A stretch of DNA of 64,000 nt from Marsupella aquatica (lineage: Eukaryota; Plantae; Marchantiophyta): the NCBI GenBank assembly GCA_973895155.1, contig OZ316891.1, positions 29,928,331 through 29,992,330 of the forward strand. Direction: 5' to 3'. Made by a program: the position numbers and the translations under genes. How positions within the stretch are numbered: position 1 is the first letter of the stretch; each line of letters begins with the position of its first letter. Below, in pieces: positions 1 through 13,372 of this stretch. Under the pieces are notes generated by a model. That model searched no databases and was not told the origin of the DNA. It saw nothing but the letters and a program-made list of their open reading frames with translations.

Positions 1-1363
1 ATTCTTTTGTACTCTGTTTAGCCCTTTATGTAAAAGTTTGCCTTGGTTTTCTCAATAAAGTCAAGATGCATATTACAGCAAGTCAATGCAAGGGTGATGG
101 AACCTCCGACAATTTAAACCAGGATTAGGCCTTGCCATGGAGGGGAGATGTGTGGACTGCTGGGATGTCAGCGACCTCAAGCTGCTTTTTGGGTGCATTT
201 GTGAATGATATGGAAACCTAGCATATACCAGATAGTATACCAGTAGCAGCATCCATGGCAGGTGTTCACCATGGTAGCTGGATACGAGTATGGTACATGT
301 AACCATAGTGAGCTTTATACCCCTCATCTGAAGTATGAGCTCGTTGGTCCATTTCTTTTGGTTCTGCCCATGATCTTACGAGAGAGACAGAGAGAGATTC
401 CTTCAAGGAATTAGGGGTTATTCTACTAGTAGTTTGCGGAAAATATTTAAATCAAGTGTTGCCTGGTTCTACAAAGGGGTCTACTCACAAGGTGTTACTA
501 CAACTATTTGCCAAGGAACACTAATAATAAGACATAAATCCACTAAACACTGGAAGTCTTGGTGACAACCACCCCTTTAATTGTGAATAAATAAAGTACT
601 CTGTTCTGTGCCCCAGTTTTTGCCACTATTTTATCTCTTAAAGCACCTAGATTCAGAATTCGGATGTGGTAGATAATTTATGATTCAACTTTGATATCAG
701 ACCCACAAATGTGAAGCCAGTAAAGCATGGTAATGATCCATGATTCAACTCGAATGCAAGGACAATTTTCAAGGCACAGAAACAGTGTCTGCCCAGGGAA
801 GAAAAGAGGAAGTTAATTTAAAAAGAAGAGAGCTGTCACTGCTTGATTGTAGAAATACTGCTGATCCAATCAACATACACCGATTTTCTGATCCGCAAGA
901 AAATCAAGAAATTCGCAGGAAATCCTTCCCTGCTTGTAGTACTTTCAACGTTAGAGGATATGTCCAAGCAGAGACTTAACTTATATATGCTAGCGCGACC
1001 TCCAAAGTCACCTCAATAGCGTGAGAAATACCTGCACTCAAAATCGATGCTGTCAAGAACGGTCCTCCTTGAAGGATATGGAAGAACGTGAATGATTTTT
1101 GGAAGCACCCCAATCTCACACTGATCAATGAAAGCACGGGTAGAACTAAGGCAAGGTCATTCTCGATATGATCGGACGAGTTTTGGAGACGACGAGAGCA
1201 CAGACAAGTATACCCCTCAAAGTCACACCGGCTGATAGCAGCACAAGTACAAAGATATTTCCATGTGGGGTAAGGTAGGCGATAACTCACAAATGGGGAA
1301 TGATGCACATACGATGCCCATCGTAGCTGTTATTGGGAAAATATTGGAGGACGAGGAGAGCGG

Positions 1364-4081
1364 TTATGACAGAAGAGACTCTATATACTGTGGCCGAGAC
1401 TCTATGTCCCGTGGCCCATATCGTTGATCGGAGCGTTGGAAACCTCCTAATGTATCTCTTTGAGATGATAGGATGCTCTGATGTTCCTCAGTTGGAGGAC
1501 TTCTGCGTCTATTGCGAGGATTTCTCGAAGAAGCTCCACTCATATTGGTCTTGGCTTTTGCCTCCGCAAGGATCTCGTAGAAGCGAGGCAGGGACAAATC
1601 TACCTTTTGTTTCCCCAGGTAAATTTCCTTTATGATGGACCACCCTTGCTGCCCTACCGCCACTGGGTTTACCAGTATGGGATCAGTCTTCTCATACTCA
1701 TTACTCAAAGTACTCTCTCCTACAGTAATCTTATACTCAATGTAGTGAAGGCCAAGCTTTCTTGCAGGGTCTCCATAATATGTCTTGGCTGCCCAGTCAG
1801 TACCTAAAGGAACGATTTGGATGAAGACCGTGCCTGGCCGCATGAATAGGAAGTGTGTCAATGCTGCTCCATGTACACCGATCAAGACATCACACCTGTC
1901 CAAAAGCCAAAAGATTTTCTTCATCTCAGTGGTGGGATCGGGCTGCAGAATTGTCACGGAGAAGCCCACCTTCACAGCCAAGTCAATAACCTGGTCCAAA
2001 TTTATAATAGCTCGACTACCCTCACGGTTGATGATCACAAGTTGCGGTACAGCCCTTGCTGGTGTGCTTGTTGCCTGAACGCCGCTGCCAAACGTTGGGA
2101 ACTCCTCTTCCCAATCACTGTTCTCCTCAAGAGGCAATGCATTGCTGAGGAGAGCTCTGAAGTCTTGTATAGACTCGTGGTTAGGCATGAGAGATTGATC
2201 AATACCCAGCTCTTCGTGAACATAGAGGCCAACTGTGACATCTGAAAAGCAATGAGACTTAGTTTGGTGAGAAATGTCTATGACCTTATAATTGGTCAGT
2301 TTCTTGATGATCTCGCCATACCGAACCCTCCACCAGTCATGAAAATCAACTATCACAAAAATGACTTCTCCTTTTAGATGTTGCGTTGTGATGTACAGTG
2401 GAATAAGCCCATCGTTGAACTCATGGTACACATTGCCTGTGTAACCTCCGGTTGAGAAGACAACAGCAGGAACTTCATGCCAAACTTTACAAAGCCGGCT
2501 CACATTGCCTTCTACTTTCTTGTGACTTCTAAGAGTTATCTGTCCAACCTTGTCCATGCACAGCGCCTCCCACTTTCGAGTATAAGGACTGATTAGCTCC
2601 TCTGCTACTCTAGTCTTCTTCTCCACAGCATTGAGTACAAATGAAGAATTTCCAACCAGTTGCACACTTCCATGCATGTGACATACATCAGAGCGTATGT
2701 TATAGCGTTCACAATAGAATGTCTCGTCCTTGGCTACTCCAGGCAACCTTCTCACCCAGCTTCTTGACCAGCCAGACGAGCCTGCATTCCACATAAATTC
2801 GTTAAGAGTTTCCACGGAAGATGGATGACAACGCAGACTCACAAGAGGGCATGCTCCATTATGACAAATGTCCGAACTAGACATCCCCACGTAACCAGGA
2901 ATAGGGCGGCGCAGAATCTGGCATCCAAAGCAGACAATCATAAGTTCTCAGGATAACGAGAAAATCTACAGATCTTGAACTTATCGTGTGATGAAATGAG
3001 GCTAAATAATCGAAAAGGAAATAAACATACAAAGGAGGGAAGTCAATAACAGTGGCTACTAACACTCCGGAGGAGTTTGGCAAATTTCTCAATGTAACGA
3101 AGAAGGACGAATGCGCCACACGTTCTCATTATCTTTCGTCTTTGAAATGGCTCGCTCCCCTCAACCCTAAATTCTCACAAGGTCTGCACATTCTGGTAAC
3201 AAACATTGCAGGCAGTACTTGGGGGTTAAATACTCACTTTCTGCATTGGGGAGCACCGGGGAGTACGGGTGCTTATATCTTTTCTCTACTTCGGCTCGCT
3301 GCAGAACCTTCCTCCACGTACTAAATGCGCTCTCTTGGTCATCCGAATCTGGAGTGGCAAATTCGAAAATATCGTCAGATCCATCCTCACGGAAAAGCGA
3401 AAGACATGAGGAACGGCGTTGCTACGACAATGCGAACACCAAAATCTCTTTTCTTTCGCTTATGATCACAAGCTGTCTAAAGCCAGAGCATGCATTATAA
3501 ACCTCTACCTTGTGAATTCCAGACTTGAAAAGAGTGCATAGAATCGACACACGTGCAGGTTACTAATCTGCGCTTGATCCTGATGTCGTGTATGACGACG
3601 TTGACCAACATGGCTACGGCTGAACCGTGAACCCTCGATAATTCTTTCTCAAAAGACATGCTTACAATGAAGTTATTGGTAAGAGCAACATCTCTCCGAG
3701 TTTCCATGAGTCGAAATCCTACTCGGTGTGAATGATGTGATGGAAGTTCATTCGCGATTCAGAGAAAGGGTTGAAGCAGCTGGTCATCTAAAGTTTGATG
3801 ACTTAAAATTCCAAGAAAACGATGTGCAAAAGTTCGACTCTAGAGACATATGGGCCGCGTAGAGAGTAGACATGAATTGAGAGGACGTCCATACCAGCTT
3901 CGTTGAATCCCTGGGCGGTGTGGATACTGATGACTGTGGTCACAACCACCACGGCCACGAACACCACCAGAATCACGAGGGGATGATGATTGTTTCTTTT
4001 CACTCCCCGGAGTCTCGCCACTCGAATTGCCATCTCTCTTAATCTTGAGGCGGGCCTAGGGGATATAAGGTCTGGATCCAA
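1364..4081 (-). CDS. Glycosyltransferase family 61 (DUF563; xylan glycosyltransferase/MUCI21-like), type II membrane protein; predicted exons 4081-3895, 3348-3238, 2781-1364
   Basis: Main exon has GT61 motifs (RSDVC, PYTRKWE, STGGYTGNVYHEFNDGLIPL, GVHGAALTHFLFMRPG, QIVPLG). Exon 1 encodes an N-terminal TM helix (LVILVVFVAVVVVTTVISI). GT/AG junctions join in phase 1. The middle exon is the least certain part. Confidence 0.88.
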
Positions 4082-4909
4082 GGTCTACGTAGTGAACAAA
4101 GCTTCCATAAAATTGTTTACAAGATGGTAATGTTCCAGTCTCCTCTCGCGCCAAACAACGACTTTGTCAACACTTCCCCAGCCCCCCCAAGCTCCCAACC
4201 ATATGTGATTTTTCCCACCCAGTACCTCGAAAAGCTCCAGTCGCCATCAGCTGTGTTGCCTACCACCAAGCCCAGCCTACATCGTCCACTACTGTACAAC
4301 AACGCCAAGCGGCCCGCTTTCTCATCACCTTCTCGGCCCATTCTCGCTCATTCTCGCCGCCGCCGCCGCTGCTGCTGATGACTATGATGAATGCTTTTCT
4401 ACTTCCTTACCTTCTCTCACCAGATGTGGGCACCGTCCCATGACCTTGCTAATTCTTGTTAGCCGAGGAATCAAACTTCCCTGCCCCTCCTCGTCCTGGG
4501 GCCCGCTCAGCTCATGGACCGTGAGACCATCAGTAGCATCGTGGGGATCACGCAATTCCTGAGCCTCGTCAATTTCAACCAGCCTACGAGCTGCCCGGCT
4601 CGCTCTGTCCCTCCTCCCTACCTTCCTGGGCACCAAGAACAAATTCGGAGTGGACCGTAACAGAAAGTGTCAATTCTCAAGAGGTCAGACGTTTCTGGAC
4701 AAACAGAACAGCAGAGCAGGTATACGGATCGAGAGGGAAGAAGCGAAGGAGAAACCGAGTGTGATTGCGTGGGAGGCACATTGCTCAGCAGAAGGACATA
4801 CTAAGTCGGCGACGAAGAAAACAGAGAAGAAATGTTGAGCGAACAGATTGCGCCGAAAGTCAGCATCTAGAGCAGACCATCAGCACTAGGCAGAGGCAGA
4901 ATCTACAGT

Positions 4910-5135
4910 AGATCGGAACCAGCACGAGCGAATGATGATCACATTGACGACTGAGCAAAATTCCCGTCAGGTGCACAGTCTAGATTGGAACCACGACAAG
5001 CGATCACATTGCAATACTCCATCAGGAGCAGAATTTAGATCGGAACCACAACGAGAGATGATCACATTGCCAAACTCCGTCGAATGAGGAATCCAGATCA
5101 GAACCAAGCCGAGAGATAATCACATCGACGACAAG
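4910..5135. repeat. About 4 imperfect 55-70-bp tandem repeats (AGATCGGAACCA...GATCACATTG) upstream of GT61
   Basis: Motif recurs near 4910, 4982, 5037 and 5096. Confidence 0.6.
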
Positions 5136-5996
5136 CAAAACTCCGTACTCGCTCACAGAGTGTATTGGTAGTTCCTACCTAGCACAGTAGAGGAGTCTCC
5201 TCACACTTCTCTCCTCTTATGGCACACACATTGCTCATTGCGCAACATCCGGTTGGTGGGTTTGACAAGGAATGCTGAGTGGAGCTGACACTCGTCCCAG
5301 GTCAGCTTCGTCCACTCCAAGAAATTGTTTGATTAATTAAAACTCTACAGTACCATTCCTCTTCGCCGCATTTGAATACTCCTATCCGAACACTTTGCGC
5401 CAAGCTGGGCAAAGACATCGAGAGTTTACGAGCCAAGGTGGCGCAAAAGTCTCGCCTTTACACCTTCAATTGAATCAATTCGGTTCGGAGGTAGGTGGCT
5501 CCGTCCAAAGATCCAACGATTCACATGTTCCCTTCACATTTATGGGGAAATCTTGGCCGTCTATCAGGGGTCCCATTTGACTGCCAATTATTGGTACGTA
5601 CCCTCCGTCGAACCGGATATTAATGCCGTGCTTTTATGGTAATCATGGTTAGTTTAACCCGCAGTCCTGGACGTAAAGAATTCCCGGGATGGTAATCGGG
5701 ACTATTATGTTGAGTAGTCAATGCCGTAGATGTCACTGATCGACGGTTGGGAGTAAACAGCGCGTGTACGAGTTTCAACGAATTTCAGTTGGCGACTTGG
5801 CGTAGAGTCACTGATGCACAGACCATCCTGGCCGTCATTGATAATTGATCGACGGCTTGAATGAATATGGCGGCAGGGCATGCCTGTGTAGACAAGTTTC
5901 GCTCGTGTAAGGAGGTTGACTTCCTCTGGTTGATTTTTTGGAGTATTTTTTGTTATATTGCTTGGAAGGCTGGATGGACCTCCAATTATGATGAAA

Positions 5997-7705
5997 CTAG
6001 CTCAATATCTCTGCTTTACACAAAAGAGCCGTGTCGGCCAAGATGTAGTTGAGAAAAAAAGATGTTGTGTCAGCCAAGAGGTCGTGGAGAGAAAAGATGT
6101 CCTGTCGGCCAAACGATCGTTGAGAGAAAAGATGTCGTGTCGACCAAATCAGAGGACGTTGAGAAAAAAAAATGTCGTGTTGGCCAAGAAGTCGTTGAGA
6201 AAAAAGATGTCGTGTCGGCCAAGATGTCGTTAAGAAAGAATTGTTGTGTCGGTCAAGATGTCGTTGAGAAAAAAGATGTCATGTCGGCAAAGCACGGGTC
6301 ATTGCAAAATTCCGTTAAGAAAAAAGAAATCATTTTGCCAAAGATGTCATTATGTGAAATATGTTGTTAAGAAAAAGGTGTCATTTTGCAAAAGATATCG
6401 TGAAGTAAAAGATGTTATAAGAAAAAAAGTGTCATTTCACCCAAGCTGTCCTTATGTGAAAGATGTTATGAAATAAAAAGTCAAGGAGAGAAAGAGCAAG
6501 TCTTTTCCTTTGTTTTGCTTTTTTCCCAAAATGCCCCTGCATTTGAATGGCGACCACTCTATAAATTGGCATAACGTTATATTATAGGTTTCAGGTTTAG
6601 GGTTTTAGGGTTAGCAAAGATGACCATTATGTCAGTATCCTTTCAATCCCCGTGCGGTGCATAAAAGATGTTGTTTGGTTAAAAATATTGTTGAGAAATA
6701 GATCGTGGTGGAAAAGATATCGTTGAATAACAAAAAATTTGTTAAAATATACTATTGCACAAAAACTTTTGTTGAGTGAAAGATATCATTGTGCAAAATA
6801 GTGGCTACGGCAGCCACAAAAGTTCTCTTTTTCTTTTTTCTCCTTGCACAAAAAAAATTCTTGAATAAAAGATGTCATTGCACAAAAGACTGGCTATGAT
6901 AACCTCAAAAGTATAACAAAATGAGAGGTGTTTTTTTTCCCATTTTTAATCGTATGTTCCTTTTAAACCTTAATCTCTCACTTTTCCCCTTTTTCCTATT
7001 TTTGGTCTTCTCTTTTTCTTATTCACCATCACTGCACTCGTTTGCCGCCCGCCCCCACCTCCCCACCCATGCAAGACTGGAGCCCTTTGAGAGGCTGCCC
7101 TACATTGTGAGTGTGCCCCTTGCCCGACACCTTGCCATCAACATCCATGCCATGTGCTTCACTATGTCTTTGGGTCTTATTACTTTTGTTTTTGGCATTG
7201 AAAATGACACTACAAATGACCGAAAAAATCACCACAAATATCAGCAGAATTGTTTTTTATTGATCTAGTGACTAAAATATTATTAGCAATTAAACTACTA
7301 AAATTTATGCTGCACACAATATTGAATATGTACAATATTTACTTGCATATAAAGTATGTACAATACTTACTTGAATGGATCAACAATATTGAATATGTAC
7401 AATATTTACTTGCATATAAAGTATGTACAATACTTACTTGAATGGATCATGGAGGGAGTATCCTCCTTGATCCTCGTGCATTAATTGATCCTTGTGCATG
7501 TGTTAAATTCTTTCAATTTTTTTTTGGTGTCTAGTGTGATTATTCTTGCTTGTCTTGGGCACTAGTGCAACTTTTTGCGAGTCACACTAAACTTAATTCA
7601 CAGTGGCTTTATTGCTTACCTTTGATTTTTTTTTAATTTTTGTGTCTTGCAAACTTGAATGACGATCACTCAAAAAGTGGCGCAACTGTGTATTATAGTT
7701 TAGGA
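5997..7705 (-). mobile_element. Non-autonomous Helitron-like element (copy 1)
   Basis: Minus strand starts A|TCCTAAACTATAATAC at 7705 and ends ...GTGTAAAGCAGAGATATTGAGCTAG|T at 5997. Internal GATGTCGTTGAGAAAAAA-type minisatellite. Both ends resemble copies 2 and 3. Confidence 0.6.
7316..7449. repeat. Tandem duplication of ~67 bp
   Basis: ACAATATTGAATATGTACAATATTTACTTGCATATAAAGTATGTACAATACTTACTTGAATGGATCA occurs twice. Confidence 0.85.
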
Positions 7706-8486
7706 TTAATCTTATAGTTTTGGCAACCAGGAGGGACCTTTGCCAAATGTATTTTTGAGTCAGATCATTTTACACTTTTGTTTGAAAGTTGGCTTGTAAA
7801 TACTCTTCAACCGGTTGTAGGAGGCTTTCTGTCAATTTAGCCGGTAGTCCATCTGTTACAGCCGGTTTCCTTAGGTAAGTTGTGATAGTCAATTCGCCTC
7901 AAGCGCCGAGCAGTACTAGGCTCTCCTATAAGCAGAATCCTTGACATTGTTGTGGGTGATTTGAGGTGAGTCTTCCCCAACCGTCATAGATGACTATTAA
8001 TTTGTGATTTTTGGGTTTGCCATTGTTTTTGTGATGCCTGATTGTTGAGAGCTTGCTCAGTAGGGAGAAAGCTTGGAAAAATTGCCACTCCTCAATCCAG
8101 GTTGCAGGCTTTCCATTTTTCACCCATTCTGTTGTTCAGTCTTGCAGAGTTCTACCTACTCCATCTTTCTATTCTACTCATTTCACAAAACTAAAGCCCA
8201 TATGGACCTCCACTTTGTCTATGATTGTGCTTGGTTTATAGTTAGATGTGCAATTATTACTTACACTAGCAGGAGTTAGTTAGTGGATGGAACTTAAGCT
8301 TATTGTTATGGAGTCAATTAGAAGATAGTAAGAGTTTAGTGTGTGAAAACTCAATATGACCGACACATTTAGAGTTCAATAAAACTTTCTTGTGTGTTCC
8401 TATGGACGTAGTCTCTAGTGAGATGAACTACATATCTCATGTGCCAATTACTTGTGCATTTGGTGGAAATTGTACTTATGCAAGCT

Positions 8487-8830
8487 TGTTGAGCATAGAC
8501 GACATTCGCAACGGCAAGCCCATGAACCATCCAACGCACAATAGTCGACACAGAGAGATACGTGGTTCACCTCCACATGAGGCTACGTCCACGGGAACAC
8601 ACAAGAGCTTTACTGCACTCTAGGCCGACCGGCCATACCAAGCATCCACAGCACAAGCTCTCCCTATCTCTCAACTAGCTCCGTAACAATGAGCCTAAGT
8701 TCCACCAGGGTCTAGCATCAGCCCTGGCTATATGCACAACAGCACTACCGCTAACATTAGCTAAGTCCTAACCCGAGTTAGACTAACTGTGGTTAGCTCA
8801 TGAGTCACAAGACTAGAGCAATATCTAACA
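8487..8830 (-). repeat. 3' LTR of the copia element
   Basis: TGTTGAGC...TCTAACA, matches 15502-15845. Confidence 0.95.
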
Positions 8831-8842
8831 AACTCCCCCTTG
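8831..8842 (-). other. Polypurine tract
   Basis: Minus strand AAGGGGGAGTT directly before the 3' LTR. Confidence 0.85.
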
Positions 8843-10148
8843 ACTCTTGTCTTGGGGACTGGACTAAATGCTATCATATGGAATCCTCAGCGGGAAGTTC
8901 TAGACAATCACCAAACCAGGTCTCCCCCTAAAAACCACAAGGGTTAACTAAGGGTTAACTAGAACTAAGTCGTAGCCTAACAGGAATGAGTAATCCATAT
9001 ACAAATAGTCACACATTGCTAAATAACTCTACTTGCACCACAACTGCAAAACCTGCAAAGTAGCACGGTGTCTTGAGAAACTCTCCAAAGGAATCACTTT
9101 GGTAAAGGCATCAGCGGGATTGAGCTTTCCATCAATCTTGACTAGCTCAAAAGTTTTATCAGACACTGCTTGCCTGATAAAATGGTACCTGATATCAATG
9201 TGTTTCACCCTACTATCCATCACCTGGTTAGCAGCCAAGTGAAGAGCACTCTGACTATCACAGTTTAGAGTCATTTTTCCATGCTCTAAACCCATCTCCG
9301 CGGTCAACTTATCCAACCAAATTGCTTCCTTTGCTGCTTCTACTGCTGTAACATACTCTACTTCTGTAGTAGACTGAGATATACACTTCTGTAAGGTAGA
9401 TTTCCAACTAATACATCCTCCTCCAAGAGTGTATACAAACCCAATTGTAGACCTCCTTGTATCCAGACAGCCTCCATAGTCAAAATCTACATAGCCAACT
9501 AACGTTCTATCTGATCTGTTATCAAATAGTAATCCATAGTCTTGTGTTCCCCTCACATACCTGAGAATCCATTTCACAGCTTCCCAATGTACCTTCCCTG
9601 GATTTGACATGAATCTGCTGATCTTGCCCATCGCTAGGGCCAAGTCAGGCTTAGTACAAGTCATCAAATACATCAGACTGCCTACTGCCTTCTCATAAGG
9701 AATCTTAGCCATCAGACCTTTCTCCACATCATCCGTAGGAGAGAAAGCCGATGATAACTTGAAATGTGAAGCTAAAGGAATACTCACTGGCTTACAGTTC
9801 TCCATGTTGAATTGTGCAAGTACTTTCCTCGCATACTGACCTTGACTCAAGCACAACTGTCCAGTCTCAGAGTTCCTAAAAATCTCCATCCCTAAGATCC
9901 TCTTGGCCTTACCAAGATCCTTCATCCTGAATTCAACACTCAATTTTGCCTTGAGACTGTCAACCTCAGATTGATCTTTAGCCACAATCAGCATGTCATC
10001 CACATAGATCACTAGAATGATGAAACCAAATACATTATTCTTGACTGATTTCGTATACACATAAGGATCATACACAATTCTTGTAAAACCTTGAGCAAGC
10101 ATGAAATCATCAAACTGCTTGTTCCACTGTCTAGGAGACTGCTTCAAT

Positions 10149-10444
10149 TTTGGGGGTTTCACTTCCACAAAAATGGCATATCACGTGCAACGAAGGATAG
10201 GGTCATTTTATTGGTTCTAAGGGAAGACTTAAGAATTTTTGTAGAAGAACAATAGGGTCTTTTAAATTCAATTTTGAGACTTATAAGAACATTAGGGTCT
10301 TTTTAATCCAATTTTTAGAATATTCCAAGAATATTCCAACTTTATAGTGGTTAAAAAATAAATTTTTTTCTTACATTTTAGGGGGTCCGAGGCCTAAAAA
10401 CGTCGCAGGCGATGGGGAGGTCCCCATATAGTGAGACCCCCGAG
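10149..10444. mobile_element. 296-bp MITE inserted in copia RT
   Basis: 8-bp TSD GCTTCAAT (10141-10148, 10445-10452); TIRs TTTGGGGGTTTCAC / GTGAGACCCCCGAG; removal restores LYGLKQSPRQW; homologous to 34054-34350. Confidence 0.92.
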
Positions 10445-13127
10445 GCTTCAATCCATACAATGACTTGAGCAATCTGCAAACTAAGTTCTCTTGGCCCTTC
10501 TTCATAAAGCCTAGTGGCTGTCTCATGAAGATCATCTCTTCCAAGTTGGCATAGACAAAAACAATAACAATATCCATCTGATCCATCACTAGACCAAAAA
10601 ACACAACAAGCTGACACAAGATCCGAATTGTGAAATACTTAGCCACCGGTGAAAAGACCTCATTGTAATCCACTCCTTTCTCCTGAGTGAATCCCTTGGC
10701 AACAAGCCTTGCCTTGTAGATCTTGTCTCCACCCTCTGAAGGACTATCCTTCAACTTGTAAATTCACTTGCTGTCCACCACTTGCTGACCTCTTGGAAGC
10801 TCCACCAGCTCCCATGTCTTGTTGTCACTCGAAGATTGCAACTCCCTCTGCATTGCTGCATTCCACTCATGCTTCTGCTCTGAAGCACAAGCCTCACTAT
10901 ACGAAGAAGGCTCTCCTTCTTCCAAGATCAAAGCCATATCATCTTCATCAGGTGCAATGTCAATATCATCTAGCTTAGATGAGTCTACCCATTGACCATA
11001 CCTGGTAGGAGCTCTAGTAGAACGATTGGAAGTTTTTCTAGTAGATGATTCAGGCTGATCTGTTGCTGCTGCTGGTTGAATTTGAGGTACCCTAGCAACA
11101 ATCTGCTCCTCTTGTTCTATCACAGGAACCAGCTCCAAGCCTGGAGCTTCTCCATCTCTCCTGTCATGAACTGCATCATGATTAATCTCCCCCTCAACCC
11201 GGTCCGGGATGGGAGATTTCCCCTTGTCAGTATGGGAGTCCTATGAGCTCTCCCCCTCCTTTGATGATCTGGATTCATTAAAAGACACATCTCTACTGAC
11301 AATTAATTTACAGGTTACTGGATCCCATAACCTATAACCCTTCACACCTTTTTGATAGCCAAGGAAAATACACTTCTTCGACTTGGACTCCAGTTTGGAT
11401 CGAAGTTGGGAAGGTGTAAGCACATAAGCATCACATCCAAAAATCCTCAGATGTGAGTAATCTGCTGGACGCTCGTACCTTATTTCAAATGGCGTCTTGA
11501 ATCCAATAGAATTGGATGGAGAAAAATTTACCAAATAAGCTGTAGTGTTGACAGCTTCAGCCCAAAACTCATGTGGTAAGCATGATTGACTCAACATACT
11601 CCTCGAGCGGTCCAATAGTGTTTGGTTGAGTCTCTCAGAAACACCATTCTACTGAGGAGTATAACTTGTTGTGAGATGGCGGGTAATCCCCTGCTCCTTA
11701 CAATACGTTCCAAATTCCCCGGAACTGTATTCACTACCATTATTCGATCGAAGATATCTCACCTTATTACCAGTCTGATTCTCAACTTGGGCTTTCCACT
11801 CCTTAAAAGTGGCAAAAACATCAGACTTATTGTGTAGAAAGTATATCCACACATACCTTGAGTAGTCGTCTATAAACGTGACATAGTATAACCGTCCAGA
11901 ACGTGAGGGAGTAGGGGCTGGACCCCACACATCACTATGTACATACTCAAGTACTTCCTTGCTGGTGTGAGTTCCAACTCCAAAGGGTTTCCTGTGCTAC
12001 TTCCCTAGCACACAGTGCTCACAAAATTCCAACTTACAAGATTGCAAATTAGAAAGTAATCCTTTCTTTTGAAGAATAACCAAACTTTTTTCACTCATGT
12101 GGCCCAAACGGAAGTGCCACAGCCCGTCTCCTCATGAGATAAGGTTACATTGGCTTCATCACAGACTACACTGCCCTCCAAAACGTATAGATTGCAATGT
12201 CTCTTTCCCTTCAATACAACTTTAGTACTAGTTGAAACCTGAAGGACACCATTAGCAGAACTCCACTGATGGCCATTTGCTTCTAAAACTCCAAGTGAAA
12301 TGAAATTTTTCATCATGCTGGGAATATATCTCACATTCCTCAACGTTCTTACAACACCATCAAACATCTAAAATCTAACAGATCCAAGTCCTACCACTTG
12401 ACATGAGATTCCATTTCCCATCAACATTGAACCATTGGAATCCGTGTAAGAACTGAAAAAATCTCTCCTAGAGCAAATGTGAAAAGTACATGCACTATCT
12501 AGAATCCAGTCATCACTACCTGGATTTGACACTATGTTGAGAGCATAACCTTGACATCACAATATGTCATCATCATCAAGTAAATCTACCTCATGCGAGC
12601 TCGATGCCGCGTTAGCAGAGGCAGTAGGGACCTTTACTCGATAATCCCTTTTCATGTGGCCAGGCTTGCCACAATTCCAACATGCAAGAGGCTTCCTCTC
12701 TTGCGATTTCCCTCTGGATTTAGATCTTCCCCGTGATGTAGATCTAAACTTGTTCTGCCCATTTGTGCGCTGTGCTGCTCTTCCCCTGTTCACATTGAGC
12801 GCAGTGCCAGAAGAAGATGCTGTCTGTGATTGACCCAACTTCTTTTGAGCATCATCAGACAGTAAAGAACTCACCACCTCATTATACGAAATGGACTTCA
12901 GATCTCTGTACAAAAGCACCTATTTCAAGCCCTGATATGACGGCGGTAATGAGCTTAGCAGAAGCAAGGCCTTATCCTCATCTTCAACTCCTTTTCCCAG
13001 GTTTGACAGATCCACTACTAGACTGTCAAACTCATCCAGGTGATCTTGCATCTTGCTCCCTTCCTTGAGCCTGAGGCTCATCAAGAGAGACTTCTTGTAT
13101 AGCCGGTCTGACGCATCTTCCCGGTAG

Positions 13128-13372
13128 CTTGGGGGGGTCACTTCCATGGAAGTGGCATATCATGTGCGACAAAGTATAGGGCCATTTAAATGGTTTTGGC
13201 GGAAGACTTATTAAGTCTTCTATGGAAATATAGGGTTGTTTGATTGCAAAATGCATACGTGTCATCACATGATTGGTACCGTACAACTTTCTAGAAAGTG
13301 ACTTAGGGGGGTCATAAATGACCCAAACCGTCGCACGTGATGTATGACCCTTCATATAGTGACCCCCCCGAG
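13128..13372. mobile_element. 245-bp MITE of a related subfamily inserted in copia gag
   Basis: 8-bp TSD CCCGGTAG (13120-13127, 13373-13380); TIRs CTTGGGGGGGTCAC / GTGACCCCCCCGAG; removal restores KYYREDASDRLY. Confidence 0.92.

Noticed and set aside
1-700. Possible LTR end (AATAAA...TTACA at ~54-77) and TE remnant
   Set aside because: No partner LTR, PBS, PPT or coding motif in the window.
2782-2941. N-terminus of the 525-aa GT61 ORF as given in the ORF track
   Set aside because: Probably intronic. An upstream TM-encoding exon and a TGCAG acceptor at 2782 give a better model.
5958-6476. K/R/V-rich ORFs (and the F/S-rich ORFs at 35655-36453 and 45148-45610)
   Set aside because: Translations of Helitron minisatellites.
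5598-7460. Stowaway-like ends (TACCCTCCGTC and GGAGGGAGTA)
   Set aside because: The left end is a poor match and the pair would straddle a Helitron boundary.
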